Positions 52,658 through 62,900 of a stretch of DNA of 64,000 nucleotides are shown piece by piece. The translations under genes and the position numbers were made by a program. The stretch is from a virus. Within the stretch, counting starts at the first letter, position 1. Each line of letters opens with the position of its first letter. Location: IMG/VR virus record IMGVR_UViG_3300025141_000063, positions 1 through 64,000 of that record; one strand, given 5' to 3'. Under the pieces are notes generated by a model that ran no database searches, was not told the origin of the DNA, and saw only the letters and a program-made list of their open reading frames with translations.

Positions 52658-55600
52658 CTACCTCTTGACTCGGAGGATCCTACCAGTTGCCGCCCCCAGG
52701 GGGAGGTTCCGCGTGAGGGTGAGGGTACCTCCCACTACCTCCGCGATCACGTACTCTCCGGGGGTCACGGCTCCGCCGGAGAAGACCTCCAGGATGTCCC
52801 CAGGCTGTACTCCAATCAAGGAGAAGTCCACCGCCGCGAAGGACACTACCTGATCACCTGGACCGATGACGCTGAAGTCCGCGAGGTCCTGCAGGACCCT
52901 GGCGTTCTCCGGGCCTGCCCCCAGAAGGTGCGCCGTCACGTCCAACGTCGCGCCCACGGCGTCCAGCAGGTAGACCCCGCTGTCCACGCCGCCCTCTACC
53001 TGAAGGAAGTCTCCCGGCGCGGCCCCGGTCGGAGCGGAGGGGGTGAACGAACTGCCCGCCGAGGTGACTGTGAAGCCCGCAGCCACCACCGACCGGGGGC
53101 GGTACAGGGCCATGGAGAGCGTCGTGTCCGGGAAGAAGTCGATGACCTGGTCCACCAACATGCCGGTGAACTCGGAGAGGCTCGCGCGGGTGATGGTGGC
53201 GTCAGCTGGGCCGCCGGCGGGCACAGCCGGGCGGACGTAAAGGGTGGTGGCACTCAACGTGTCCACCACCTGGTAGGTGCCCGCTCCGCCGCCCGTCTCG
53301 ATCTTCAGCTCGTCGCCGAACTGCAGCATCTGCAAGTCCAGGGCCGCTGCCGCCGGCAGGGTCACTACGTTGGTGCCCACGGAGGTCACTGTGCTGGAGA
53401 CCAGGGGGTTGGTCTCCAGCACCGGCCGGACGATGTCGTACTGGAACAGCGCCACTGACGCTGGGGGCTCGGGGTCAAGACGAAGCTGTGCCCAGGGGAA
53501 GACGCCGACGCCGGGGTCGATGACCTCGATGATGCGGTACACGCCTCTCCACGTCCCGTTGTAGAAGCGGATGCGGTCGTCTACCGTCACGCCCTCGGTG
53601 AAGAAGCACACCCCCGTGAGATCCTGAACGACCCGGAGAACTCCCGTCTGCTCCATGGCGGCCACGGCGCTGCTGTCGTAGATCGGGTTCCGCGCCGGGC
53701 GGAAGATGAAGAACTCCTGGTCCTCCCCGGCCTGCACCCCGAGCAGAGGGGGCGAGGGGACGTCGTACGGGACGGGGTTCACCTGCACCGTGGTGTCCGT
53801 CGGGACTCCCGCCACCAGGTACCAGCCCTCGTTGGGGCCCGAGAAGATGCGGAGCAGGTCACCGGGCCGGACCAAGGGGGTGCCGTGTTCTGCTGTGATC
53901 GCTGAGTACCCAGGGTAGGGGACCACCACCAGGGGGTCGATGAACCCTCCCCGAGCGGACGTGAAGGTGAGCGGCCCGGCCCCGCCCACCGGGGTCTCCA
54001 GGTCCTTGCCCATGAAGAACATGCGGGAGTTCATCGGCCCGACGTTCAGGTGCTGCAGGTTCAGCCCGAAGCCGTTGAGCGCGTCCATCGAGGCCACTGC
54101 CTCGATGCGTCCGAACGGGTCGTCGACGATGTGGTCCCGTATCGCGAAGTAGAGATCGTCCTCGATGGTGATGTCGTCCGCGAGGGGCTTCACCATCACC
54201 ACCTCGACATCGGTCCACGCGGGGTCCATCGCCGATGCGAAATCGTCCACCAGCAGGAGGTCATCCGGGTCGGTGACGTCCACGTTGGCGCGCAGCGTCC
54301 AGGTGTGGAACTTCCTCAGCTCCGCACCGGTGTCCCCCTGGAGGAACTTGCCCCTCCACCAGTCCGGGTCCTCGACGTAGTCGGTGACGATCACTCCCTT
54401 GCCCAGGGGCGCGAAGCGCTCGACGATGTCGTCGACATCGTAGGCCGTCCCGGTGGCAGGGTTGATCTCGATGCCTGTGTAGTCGTCGAGGGCGTCGTCC
54501 ACGAGGGGCTTGTAGAAGTAGACTCGCACCAGGCCCGTCGGCGTACCGTCGGCGTCCAGGTCCTCCACGAGGAGTCGGCCCAGGTCAGCGACGCCGTTGA
54601 CCACTCGGTAGTCGTCCTTGACGGCCCGGACCACCCCTCGCACATCCGCCGCGGGCAGCCCAAGAAGGATCTGCGCTCCCAGCCTCAGGTTGTTGAGAGT
54701 AGGGCCGTTGGCCCACGCGTACATCAGCCCGAGCACCGCCTCGCGGTAGGTCGTGGAGCTCGTCTCCTGGTTCGACAGCTGCTCCCTCGTGAGCGCGACC
54801 AGCGTGCCGAAGTTGTTCTCGATGGCCTCCGAGTTGTCGACGAAGGTCACCTCCGCCCACAGGTTCTCCGGGGTCGGGGAGGTGGGGCTGAAGATGCCCG
54901 GCACGAAGCGGATGTACTTGTCGGCGGACCGCCTCCGCACGGTGTAGGTCAGGTCCGTCAGGGTGGACAGGAAGACGGAGCCGGTGGACGTCCGCACAGC
55001 CTGGAGCTGCGTCTCGGAGAGCACCTGGAGGACGACGAAGTCCTCCTCTTCCACCTCGACGGTGTCGCCGACCTCGACGTTGCGGCTGATGAAGCTGCCC
55101 GTGAGCGAGGTGAACACCTCCGACCCTGCCGTGGTGCTCCCGTCCACCCCCGTCAGGTCGATCTCGCCCTCGATCACGTAGTCCCGGTTCTCCACGAAGT
55201 CGACCGGGGCGCGCGGGATGGTAGTCCGCACGCCGTCCCGGGTGAGCACGTCGAACGTGCTGTCGTCGTTCTGCGCCAGGTAGACCTTGCCCACGTACTC
55301 CCGCATGCAGGGGACGGACACCACCTCCTCGTCCACGGGGATCAGGGTGTTCCGGGAGATGGACACCGCCTCGACCTTGAAGGACTCCCCCGCGGCCTCG
55401 AAGACGGTGTCTCCTGTGTGGGGCAGGTTGTCGTACCGCGTCTGGAAGCCAAGGCTGGACAGCGCGGTGTCGATGTCGAGGGCCAGCCCCGCCAAGACCG
55501 GGTTGCCCAGCTCATCGTAGGAGGCGCCGGAGATGCCCAGCGCCAGGGCCAGCTCCACCTTCTCGGTATCGGTCAGCCCTCCCGCTCCTCCGTTGGTGAG

Positions 55601-57355
55601 GTCCTGCGTGCCCACCACGACTGCCGCCCGCTCTCGGTCAGAGCCAACGATTGTGCAGGAGACCTCCGCCGCCCTCCCGGACGTGACGTGCTGCACCTGC
55701 ACAGTCAGCACGTCCCCCGCGCGCACGCCGAGCTCCTCCAGATCGAGTTCCCGCGTGTAGAGCGTGGCCGGGATCCGCCAGCGGAGGCCCGCAACCCCGG
55801 AGACCAAGGACGGCCGATCCACCACCGCCAAGCTCACGGGACCGGGCCCCAGGGGCGGGGCCAGCTGGGCGGTGTCGTTCCTCGCTCGCCGGATGGTGTA
55901 GGCCCTGTCGTTGAGGACCAGGAGCCTGCCCTCCACCGTGGCGATGGCCGGGAGGCGGTACGACACCCCTTCCTGCGGGAAGGTGCCGGTGAACTTGCCT
56001 GCGATCAGATACCCGTCCCCCGCCGAGTTCACCCCGCTGATGACGAACTGTCCGGAGGTCTGGGCCCCGAACACCCGCAGAGACCTGCCCACCGCAGAGG
56101 CGGAGGTGAACGTCTCCCCGACAGCGATCTCCCGTGTGCTCCGGATCGTGGCCAGCCCGGACCTCTCCACTCCGTCCAGGAGGGTGAAGTCGCCCTCGCC
56201 GGCGGGGACGGACACCACGTCGGTGTAGGGGTTGCTCGCCGAGGTCTCGATCAGGGCGCTGACGGTGTTGTACAGGACGTAGGTGTCCGTGCGCGTGGCC
56301 GCCAGTGGCCGGTCCAACGTCAACGACAGGGGAGTTGGCACCCCCACCGCGTCGATCAGGTAGCTCCCCGCGTTGGGGCCCGAGGGGATGCGGATCACAT
56401 CCCCTGCGTCCAGGCCCACGATGAGGGTGAAGTTCGTGGCGGGCGTCGTGACCACGGCGCTGCCGATCACGCTGTTCAGGTCTGCCCCGGACCCCAGCTG
56501 CTCCCCCGCCACATCAGGGAAGGGAGTGGTGCGCTCCACCAGGTAGGTCAGGCTCCTGCGCCCGACTCCCGCGAGGGTGTAGCTGCCGATGTTGGCGCCT
56601 TCGCTCGTCAGCAGCCGCAACGTCTTCCCGCTCGAGCTCGGCTTCACGGCCCCCGCGACGACCACGAACTCCCTGGCGGACAGGAGGTACCCCGACGCAG
56701 GCTCCCCGACCGTCCCGGTGGTAGCCGACGCTCCGTCGTCCTCTCCGCCGAAGAGGAACTGCAGTTCTTGGGTGCTCAGGTCGATGCGCGGCGAGTACAG
56801 CTCCCACCGACGCTGCTGCGTCTCGAGGATGGTGTGGATCGACTTGCTGTAGTCCGCCTGGTACGCGTCCAGCAGCACCGCAGCGGCCTGCTGCTGGAAG
56901 CCAGACCACACGATGGGGAGGAGCTCGCTGTTCTCCATGTGCTGCAGGTGATCGCTGAGCACCCGGAAGAAGAAGCGGCCGTCCGGCAGGATGTCTGAGC
57001 AGAGGGGGACCTGCACCACCTGCACGTTCACCACGGCCCGCGCCCGCGAGCTGAAGTACTGCCCGTCGCTGACCACCAGTCCCACGATGTAGACACCCGT
57101 GATGTCCGGGGCGAACCCCACCGCCGAGCTGTCTGGGGCCAGATCCTCCAGGTCCGCCAAGGTCAGCGTGCTGCCGATGGGAATCTCGACGAAGTTCCAG
57201 ATGTAGGTGAGGGGGTCCCCCTGCGGGTCAGAGCTGGTCCGGCCATCCAGTCGCGCAGTCGCCCCGATGATGGAGCGCTGCTGCGCCGGGTACACGCGTG
57301 CCGTTGGAGCTTCGTTCTCCGGCTGCATCCCGACGTTGAAGAACTGCTCAGCCAC
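52658..57355 (-). CDS. baseplate wedge-like protein with N-terminal PKD/Ig-like domain (1565 aa)
   Basis: PTA...LDGRTSSDPQGDPLTYIW...PDITGVYIVGLVVSDG; YREAVLGLMYAWANGPT segment; about nine GD-x-L...G-x-Y modules. Confidence 0.6.
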   Translation of the reverse strand: MAEQFFNVGMQPENEAPTARVYPAQQRSIIGATARLDGRTSSDPQGDPLTYIWNFVEIPIGSTLTLADLEDLAPDSSAVGFAPDITGVYIVGLVVSDGQYFSSRARAVVNVQVVQVPLCSDILPDGRFFFRVLSDHLQHMENSELLPIVWSGFQQQAAAVLLDAYQADYSKSIHTILETQQRRWELYSPRIDLSTQELQFLFGGEDDGASATTGTVGEPASGYLLSAREFVVVAGAVKPSSSGKTLRLLTSEGANIGSYTLAGVGRRSLTYLVERTTPFPDVAGEQLGSGADLNSVIGSAVVTTPATNFTLIVGLDAGDVIRIPSGPNAGSYLIDAVGVPTPLSLTLDRPLAATRTDTYVLYNTVSALIETSASNPYTDVVSVPAGEGDFTLLDGVERSGLATIRSTREIAVGETFTSASAVGRSLRVFGAQTSGQFVISGVNSAGDGYLIAGKFTGTFPQEGVSYRLPAIATVEGRLLVLNDRAYTIRRARNDTAQLAPPLGPGPVSLAVVDRPSLVSGVAGLRWRIPATLYTRELDLEELGVRAGDVLTVQVQHVTSGRAAEVSCTIVGSDRERAAVVVGTQDLTNGGAGGLTDTEKVELALALGISGASYDELGNPVLAGLALDIDTALSSLGFQTRYDNLPHTGDTVFEAAGESFKVEAVSISRNTLIPVDEEVVSVPCMREYVGKVYLAQNDDSTFDVLTRDGVRTTIPRAPVDFVENRDYVIEGEIDLTGVDGSTTAGSEVFTSLTGSFISRNVEVGDTVEVEEEDFVVLQVLSETQLQAVRTSTGSVFLSTLTDLTYTVRRRSADKYIRFVPGIFSPTSPTPENLWAEVTFVDNSEAIENNFGTLVALTREQLSNQETSSTTYREAVLGLMYAWANGPTLNNLRLGAQILLGLPAADVRGVVRAVKDDYRVVNGVADLGRLLVEDLDADGTPTGLVRVYFYKPLVDDALDDYTGIEINPATGTAYDVDDIVERFAPLGKGVIVTDYVEDPDWWRGKFLQGDTGAELRKFHTWTLRANVDVTDPDDLLLVDDFASAMDPAWTDVEVVMVKPLADDITIEDDLYFAIRDHIVDDPFGRIEAVASMDALNGFGLNLQHLNVGPMNSRMFFMGKDLETPVGGAGPLTFTSARGGFIDPLVVVPYPGYSAITAEHGTPLVRPGDLLRIFSGPNEGWYLVAGVPTDTTVQVNPVPYDVPSPPLLGVQAGEDQEFFIFRPARNPIYDSSAVAAMEQTGVLRVVQDLTGVCFFTEGVTVDDRIRFYNGTWRGVYRIIEVIDPGVGVFPWAQLRLDPEPPASVALFQYDIVRPVLETNPLVSSTVTSVGTNVVTLPAAAALDLQMLQFGDELKIETGGGAGTYQVVDTLSATTLYVRPAVPAGGPADATITRASLSEFTGMLVDQVIDFFPDTTLSMALYRPRSVVAAGFTVTSAGSSFTPSAPTGAAPGDFLQVEGGVDSGVYLLDAVGATLDVTAHLLGAGPENARVLQDLADFSVIGPGDQVVSFAAVDFSLIGVQPGDILEVFSGGAVTPGEYVIAEVVGGTLTLTRNLPLGAATGRILRVKR

Positions 57356-59641
57356 TTAGATCCCTTCCACCTGAACAACGAGCTCGGAGAGCGACCCGAA
57401 CATGAGGGGACGCTCCCCGAAGGGCACTACGGGGCGAACGGCTACATCGTACCCGTCCCCTACGAAGTAGATGACTCTCCTCCAGTGACTGGTCGTGGCG
57501 GAGTCTCCCCCGAATGATCCGAAGCCCACCCCGGCCCCGAAGACAGAGCCGGGCAGGTCCACATCCTCCCAGGGAATGGTGATCTTCTCCACCCCATCCA
57601 CGAAGAGGCGGATGGCCTGTTCGGGCTTTCGCTCCAGCCGGTACGTGTGGGTCGCGCCGAAGTCGACGGGCGTGGAGATGGCCTGCCCTGCCGCAGACTG
57701 CGCGATCACCGCGTCCCGCGAGTCGTCTGGGATCGACCCAGGGATATAGGCGAACTTGCCGGCCGATGTCGAGACGAACCGCAACTGCACTGACTGGGAG
57801 CCGGTGTCCAGCAGCGGCCCGGCCAGCACAGACTGGTTCAGCGGATTCAGCGCCCCGGTGGAGTCCTGGTAGGCGCTGATGCGGAGGCGGGCCTCCACCG
57901 ACATGCCCAGCAGGGTGCTGTAGCTCGGGACGGTCCTCCAGAAGTACCGGTGCTGCCCCACTCCGCCGAAGCCACTGTCAACCAGCTGGAGCTCGCCACC
58001 CCCCACAGCATCGCTGCCGGGTCCGGGGGCGACTCGAGTCCACGGCAGCGCCGCGAGGTCGGGGACCACGGCCTCCACTGCGTCGTAGCCCCGCGCGTTG
58101 GTGCTGTACCTCAGCCCTCGGAACTCCACCTTGCCGAAGGCGGGGCGACCTGTGAAGGAGTCGACGTGCCCGATGCGGATCTGGGGAGAGGTAGCGTCGG
58201 CCGGGAGGGCAGAGACCTGGCCCGAGGCGTAGGGGGTGTCGTCGTCCCCGATGAACACGTCCACGCGGTCCAGGTCAGGGTTCGCCCAGAGCCGGATCGT
58301 CTGGGCCGACAAGTCCCACGTCACCTCTGCGCCCGCCGCGTACGAAGCCTCCAAGTAGGGGAAGCCCGCCTGGAGAACCCCCACCGACTTGGTCGCGTAG
58401 TTGTCCAGGAAGGCCAGGAGCAGGGCGTTGGCCCCGTCCAGGATCTCCACGCCGATGCCGGAGGACCCCGAGGCCAGGTGATTGACCTCCGTGCCCAGCA
58501 GCTCTGCCTCCAGCCACACTCCCTCGAGGAAGTCCATGCTGGGCTCGTCCCGGGCCAGGTAGCCGGGCAGGTCTCCGTTCGCCGTCCCGTCCAGCTTGTC
58601 GACGCGGATGCCGTCGCTGGTCAGCTCCACCCCGACGTTGCCCCCCTGCAGCTCTGACCGCCACGGGATGAGCGCGTCTTCGGGGAGCTCCGAGAAGTCG
58701 GCCTCCACGATGTCCGAGGGCCGCGTCTCCAGGTAGACCCCGGGGAGGACCGCCCCGACGTTCAGCAGCAGCCTGCCGTACCCGAAGGCACGGATGAAGT
58801 CCGACTGCACCTCGTCCGCCGGAGTAGGACTGTCCAGGTTCACGAAGCTGAAGATCTCATCGGAGGCCGCGTCCGTGGGGCCCAGGGCAACATCTCCCAG
58901 CGCGACGCCGGCGATGAAGCTGGGCTCCGCACTCAGCACGGCGGAGTACACCGTCGTCGCGTCCGCATCGACGTCGTTGGCGTCGCGGATGTAGACGTCA
59001 ACGGTGTCGAGCTGGGTGTTCCACACCGTCTTCACGGCGACGCCGAGAGTCCAGTCGTACACCACGAAGACACTGCCGGGGCGGGTGCCGGTGCCGTCAT
59101 CCGCGGGGGAGATGCGGATGGTCTTCGCGAAGCCGTCGTCCACCAGGAGGACGAACATCCCCTTCTTGGTGGGGCCGTGCACGAAACCGGCGCAGACACC
59201 CTGGTAGTTCGCGTCCGTGAAGTAGGTGGAGGCGCCCGAGGTCGTAGTGACTGGACGCAGGATCACCTCGCCCATCTGCACCACATCAGTCACGGGGGAG
59301 GAGACCACCTGGGCCCCCTGGATCGCCCCTGCGCCCGGGCGGACCAGCTGCAGAAGAGGACCTGCTACCAGCGCCCTCGTCACCTCAGGGGCTGCAGGAG
59401 TTGCTCCCGCATCGGAGAAGGAGGCAACAAAGGAGTTGCCATACTCCATGACGGCAGGATCATCTTCGGGCAACAGCAAGTTGGCAGTGAAGTTCGCTCT
59501 GGAGTAGGCGACCTCGGTCCTCAGGGTGGTCTTGTCGATCCTCGTGAGAGAGTCCCTGAGGCTGAAGCGGTAGTCCTCCTCCAGCAGCATCCCTGTTGCC
59601 TCTGGCACAGGGTGGCGGTTGCCGATCCAAGGGATGGCCAT
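57356..59641 (-). CDS. beta-rich tail/baseplate protein, possibly lectin-like (761 aa)
   Basis: GGAGG RBS; HTYRLE...IRLFVDG concanavalin-like end; tail operon. Confidence 0.55.
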   Translation of the reverse strand: MAIPWIGNRHPVPEATGMLLEEDYRFSLRDSLTRIDKTTLRTEVAYSRANFTANLLLPEDDPAVMEYGNSFVASFSDAGATPAAPEVTRALVAGPLLQLVRPGAGAIQGAQVVSSPVTDVVQMGEVILRPVTTTSGASTYFTDANYQGVCAGFVHGPTKKGMFVLLVDDGFAKTIRISPADDGTGTRPGSVFVVYDWTLGVAVKTVWNTQLDTVDVYIRDANDVDADATTVYSAVLSAEPSFIAGVALGDVALGPTDAASDEIFSFVNLDSPTPADEVQSDFIRAFGYGRLLLNVGAVLPGVYLETRPSDIVEADFSELPEDALIPWRSELQGGNVGVELTSDGIRVDKLDGTANGDLPGYLARDEPSMDFLEGVWLEAELLGTEVNHLASGSSGIGVEILDGANALLLAFLDNYATKSVGVLQAGFPYLEASYAAGAEVTWDLSAQTIRLWANPDLDRVDVFIGDDDTPYASGQVSALPADATSPQIRIGHVDSFTGRPAFGKVEFRGLRYSTNARGYDAVEAVVPDLAALPWTRVAPGPGSDAVGGGELQLVDSGFGGVGQHRYFWRTVPSYSTLLGMSVEARLRISAYQDSTGALNPLNQSVLAGPLLDTGSQSVQLRFVSTSAGKFAYIPGSIPDDSRDAVIAQSAAGQAISTPVDFGATHTYRLERKPEQAIRLFVDGVEKITIPWEDVDLPGSVFGAGVGFGSFGGDSATTSHWRRVIYFVGDGYDVAVRPVVPFGERPLMFGSLSELVVQVEGI

Positions 59642-59655
59642 GCTAGCCTCCCCTC

Positions 59656-59685
59656 ATGATCTTCCGACCACTACCTACAGCCCAA
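59656..59685 (-). promoter_or_regulatory. sigma70-like promoter candidate TTGGGC-N18-GATCAT
   Basis: Same spacing as the 22529 and 28019 elements; the -10 element ends 14 nt upstream of ATG 59641. Confidence 0.5.
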
Positions 59686-59961
59686 GTGCTGGCCGCCATC
59701 GAGGGGCAGGAGTGCATCCTGCCGGACGTCGACACCGCCGCGCGGGCTCGCGTCGAGAAGAGCGCGTGCCCCGAGTGCGGGGACGCGGTACTGCCCGTCG
59801 TTGACCCGGCGAACCCGTTCGACAGCCAGACGGCTGGCTTCAGGTACGTCGCGCGGTGTTCTCGGTGTGGCTGCATCTTCGATCACGAGAGCGGGGTCAT
59901 TCGGAAGGTCGGGTGCTCCAGCCCCATCCTTCCTCCTACCTCAATGCGATTGGGAGAGTAA
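59656..59961 (+). CDS. small Zn-ribbon protein antisense to the tail operon
   Basis: CPECG...CSRCG; fills the gap between two minus-strand genes. Confidence 0.6.
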   Translation: MIFRPLPTAQVLAAIEGQECILPDVDTAARARVEKSACPECGDAVLPVVDPANPFDSQTAGFRYVARCSRCGCIFDHESGVIRKVGCSSPILPPTSMRLGE

Positions 59962-62900
59962 AGCGTACGGCACGGACCATGTCTCCCGGGACGAGGTCCA
60001 CGTCGTCGACTGAGCCCGTGTTCTCCCCTGGGATGAAGTAGCTGAGGCGGTTGCTGCCGTTGAAGTACTGCGGCTCGTCCCCTCCCAGCCTGTCACGGGA
60101 ACGATTGCCGACGAGCCGCCGGTCGATGTCGTGGGTCACGGTGACGAGGTAGATGTCGTGGACCCAGTCGGTGGCCTTGGCCTCTCGCAGAGCGGTCTCC
60201 ACCACCCCCGCCACGGCCATCGAGTCCACGGCTTCCAGGTCCTGGATCTTCTCCTGGATTCTCGCCCCCACCAAGGTCTCCGACTCGCCGCCGTAGTACT
60301 GCACCTCCACGCTGACGTAGGAGGGCAGGAAGTGCCGAGCGATGGGGTTCGCGTTCACCGTGCGGGACCCCGGGTCGATCAGCATGCGGTGCACGTCCGC
60401 CACCGCGGGGGCGTTGTCGTAGGAGATCTGCAGGGTCTGCCCGTTCAAGGGCACCTGGTCCCCCAGGGTGTCGTCTCTGCCCACGGGCAGGAACGACGGC
60501 GACAGGCGGAGGGCCACCTGCTCCTCGGGGGAGAAGGTGAAGTTGGTGTCGACCACCTCGTAGTGGTACCCGTCCGAGCGGTACGTCCCGAAGACGGCCT
60601 CGAACCTCTGCTCCGCCGGCACGTTGTGGACCTCGTCGGTCCCCAGGGCGCGGGCGTAGACGTCGAAGTAGTAGAGCGACCCCTCGCGGTTGGCCTCCAT
60701 CTGCGTGCTGGAGATCCGCTGGATCCCCGGTCGGACGACACGGAAGGGCTGGTCCGTGCCGCGGAAGACCGCGGCCATGGGCTGGGATGCCGCCCACGCG
60801 TAGAACGATGCCGTGGCCGGGTCCAGGTCGTCGGAGACCCCCACCACGTTGAAGGAGGCCGCCGTCTTCTCGTAGACCCGGATGCGCCGGCCCACCACCA
60901 GCTCCGTGCCGCCACTCAGGGCAGCCGGCGTCAGGGCGGGAGCGGCCGTCACCGCCCAGTCCACGGTGACCTCGGCCCCAGTCAGCGCCGCGTTGTCCAG
61001 GTCCACGTAGGTCCCGTCCGTGGCGAGGATCTTGTACGACCCTGTGTTCTCAGGGTAGTGCGAGCTGAAGAGGGACAGCCACTTCCCGACGTCGGCGGAG
61101 TTGAAGGTGCCTGCCCCGACCGTCACTCGGTCAGGGGTGACCGAGACGTCGTACGAGGCGGTCGCCCCGCTCTTGTCCGCGGGCAGGGAGGTGTCGGTCA
61201 TGGGGCGATCCAACTGGACCTGCGTGCCGCTGACCACTCGAGTCACGGTGTAGCCTCCCTCGTCCGCGCCCTCATCAACGAAGAGCAGGTCGCCGACTCG
61301 CACGGGCCCCAGGCCCGCCAACGCTGCCGCTCCCTGGCCCCGGAAGTCCACCCCCTCGGTCAGCACGGTGACGATGTTGCTCCCGTTCCGCGTGGCGACC
61401 ACCGCCGCCCGCACGGTGTCCCGTACTCCCACGACACTCGAGCGGAGCAGAAGGGTCTCCTCGTGGATCTCGACCTCGTCGTAGTACGACTGGATCCCCA
61501 GCGAGATCGGAGCGTCCCGAGTGGGGTCGGTGAGCTGCAGCGGGGTGAAGACCTTGCCGTCCACGCTGAGGGGAGCGCCCACACTGACGTCTCGCGGGTA
61601 GTCCACCGGCGACGTGGCCGCCACCGTCTCCTGGGGAGGCAGGACCTGGTAGGGGGCGGCCTCGTCGTCGCCGCCGAAGAGCACCTCCATGGCACCCACC
61701 GTGGAGCTGAGCAGCGTCGGAACGCGGGCATCCAGGACCACCGGAATGGCCCCAGAGCCGAAGCTGCCGATGTCGGAAGCGAGCAGACAGCTGAGCGTCC
61801 CCGTCACCCTGCCGATGGCGTAGCCCGCGCGGTAGTCCGCCACCGCAGAGGCGGGCCCTGCCGGGGGCGCGTACCCTGCATCGAGCGCGTTGACCCACGC
61901 TCCTGCCGCGAGCAATTCAATGGTCGCTGCGCCTGACGCCACGATCCCGTCCGCGAGCCCTGCGGTGTACCCATCCACCGTGTCTGTGGTGGCGACGCCG
62001 GCGGTGGAGGAGCCCATGTCCAGGCCCCAGCCGATGAAGTACCCGATGCCGTAGGCGCCGTTGTAGGTCGACAGGTTGTACCCCACCGGTCGATAGCTGG
62101 GGCCTGCGACCGCCAGGACGTCATCCTCGTACGTGCCGGGGAATCCTGCGGCCAGATCAGTCGAGCCGTACCCCAAGGCATCGGACCCGGTGATGGTGAC
62201 GGGGTCGAGCAGGCCGTCGGCGTAGCCGGCCAGGAGACCTGCCACGAAGTCGTCCTCGAGGGCGTGCCCGTCCCAGAAAGCGGTGCAGCCGGTGGAGTCG
62301 TACGGGAACTGCGCCGGGTCCACGTTCGTGGGGTCGTAGAAGGCGACGCACTGGCGGCCGGCGTCTACCTCCATCGTGGTCGGCTCATGGAAGTAGAGGC
62401 GGATCTGCCCGGTGCAGGTGCGGGAGCCCACGCAGTACGGCACCTTCATCCCGTCCAGGAGCCCGGCCAGGATCTCACTGAAGGTGACGTCGAAGTTCTG
62501 CGGCAGGTCGAAGCCCAGCAGCCGCAGCGACTCGAACACCCAGGTGATGAGGTCCACCAGGAGGTCGAAGGGGTCCGCGGCGTCGCCGTAGTTGTCGCAG
62601 ATCTCCGCCTCGAAGGGCGGGATGCCGGGGAGCGGCGGCACCACCGGGAAGCCGGAGGCGAACATCTCGCAGTAGGGCTTCCACGGGTCGACCGGGAACT
62701 GTCCGCGGATGCCCACCGCGCACATCTTCAGGACCGGCCGGAACACGTCGAGACCGACCTGATACTCCTGGAGTAGCTGGAGGGCGACAGCAGGGTCACC
62801 TCCCCCACTGGGCCCCAGCTCGGAGTAGAGATCGTCGAGCAGCTGGTTTGCCTCGGCGTTGCTCCCTGTGGCCATGAGGGCCGACGCGATTGACAGGCCC

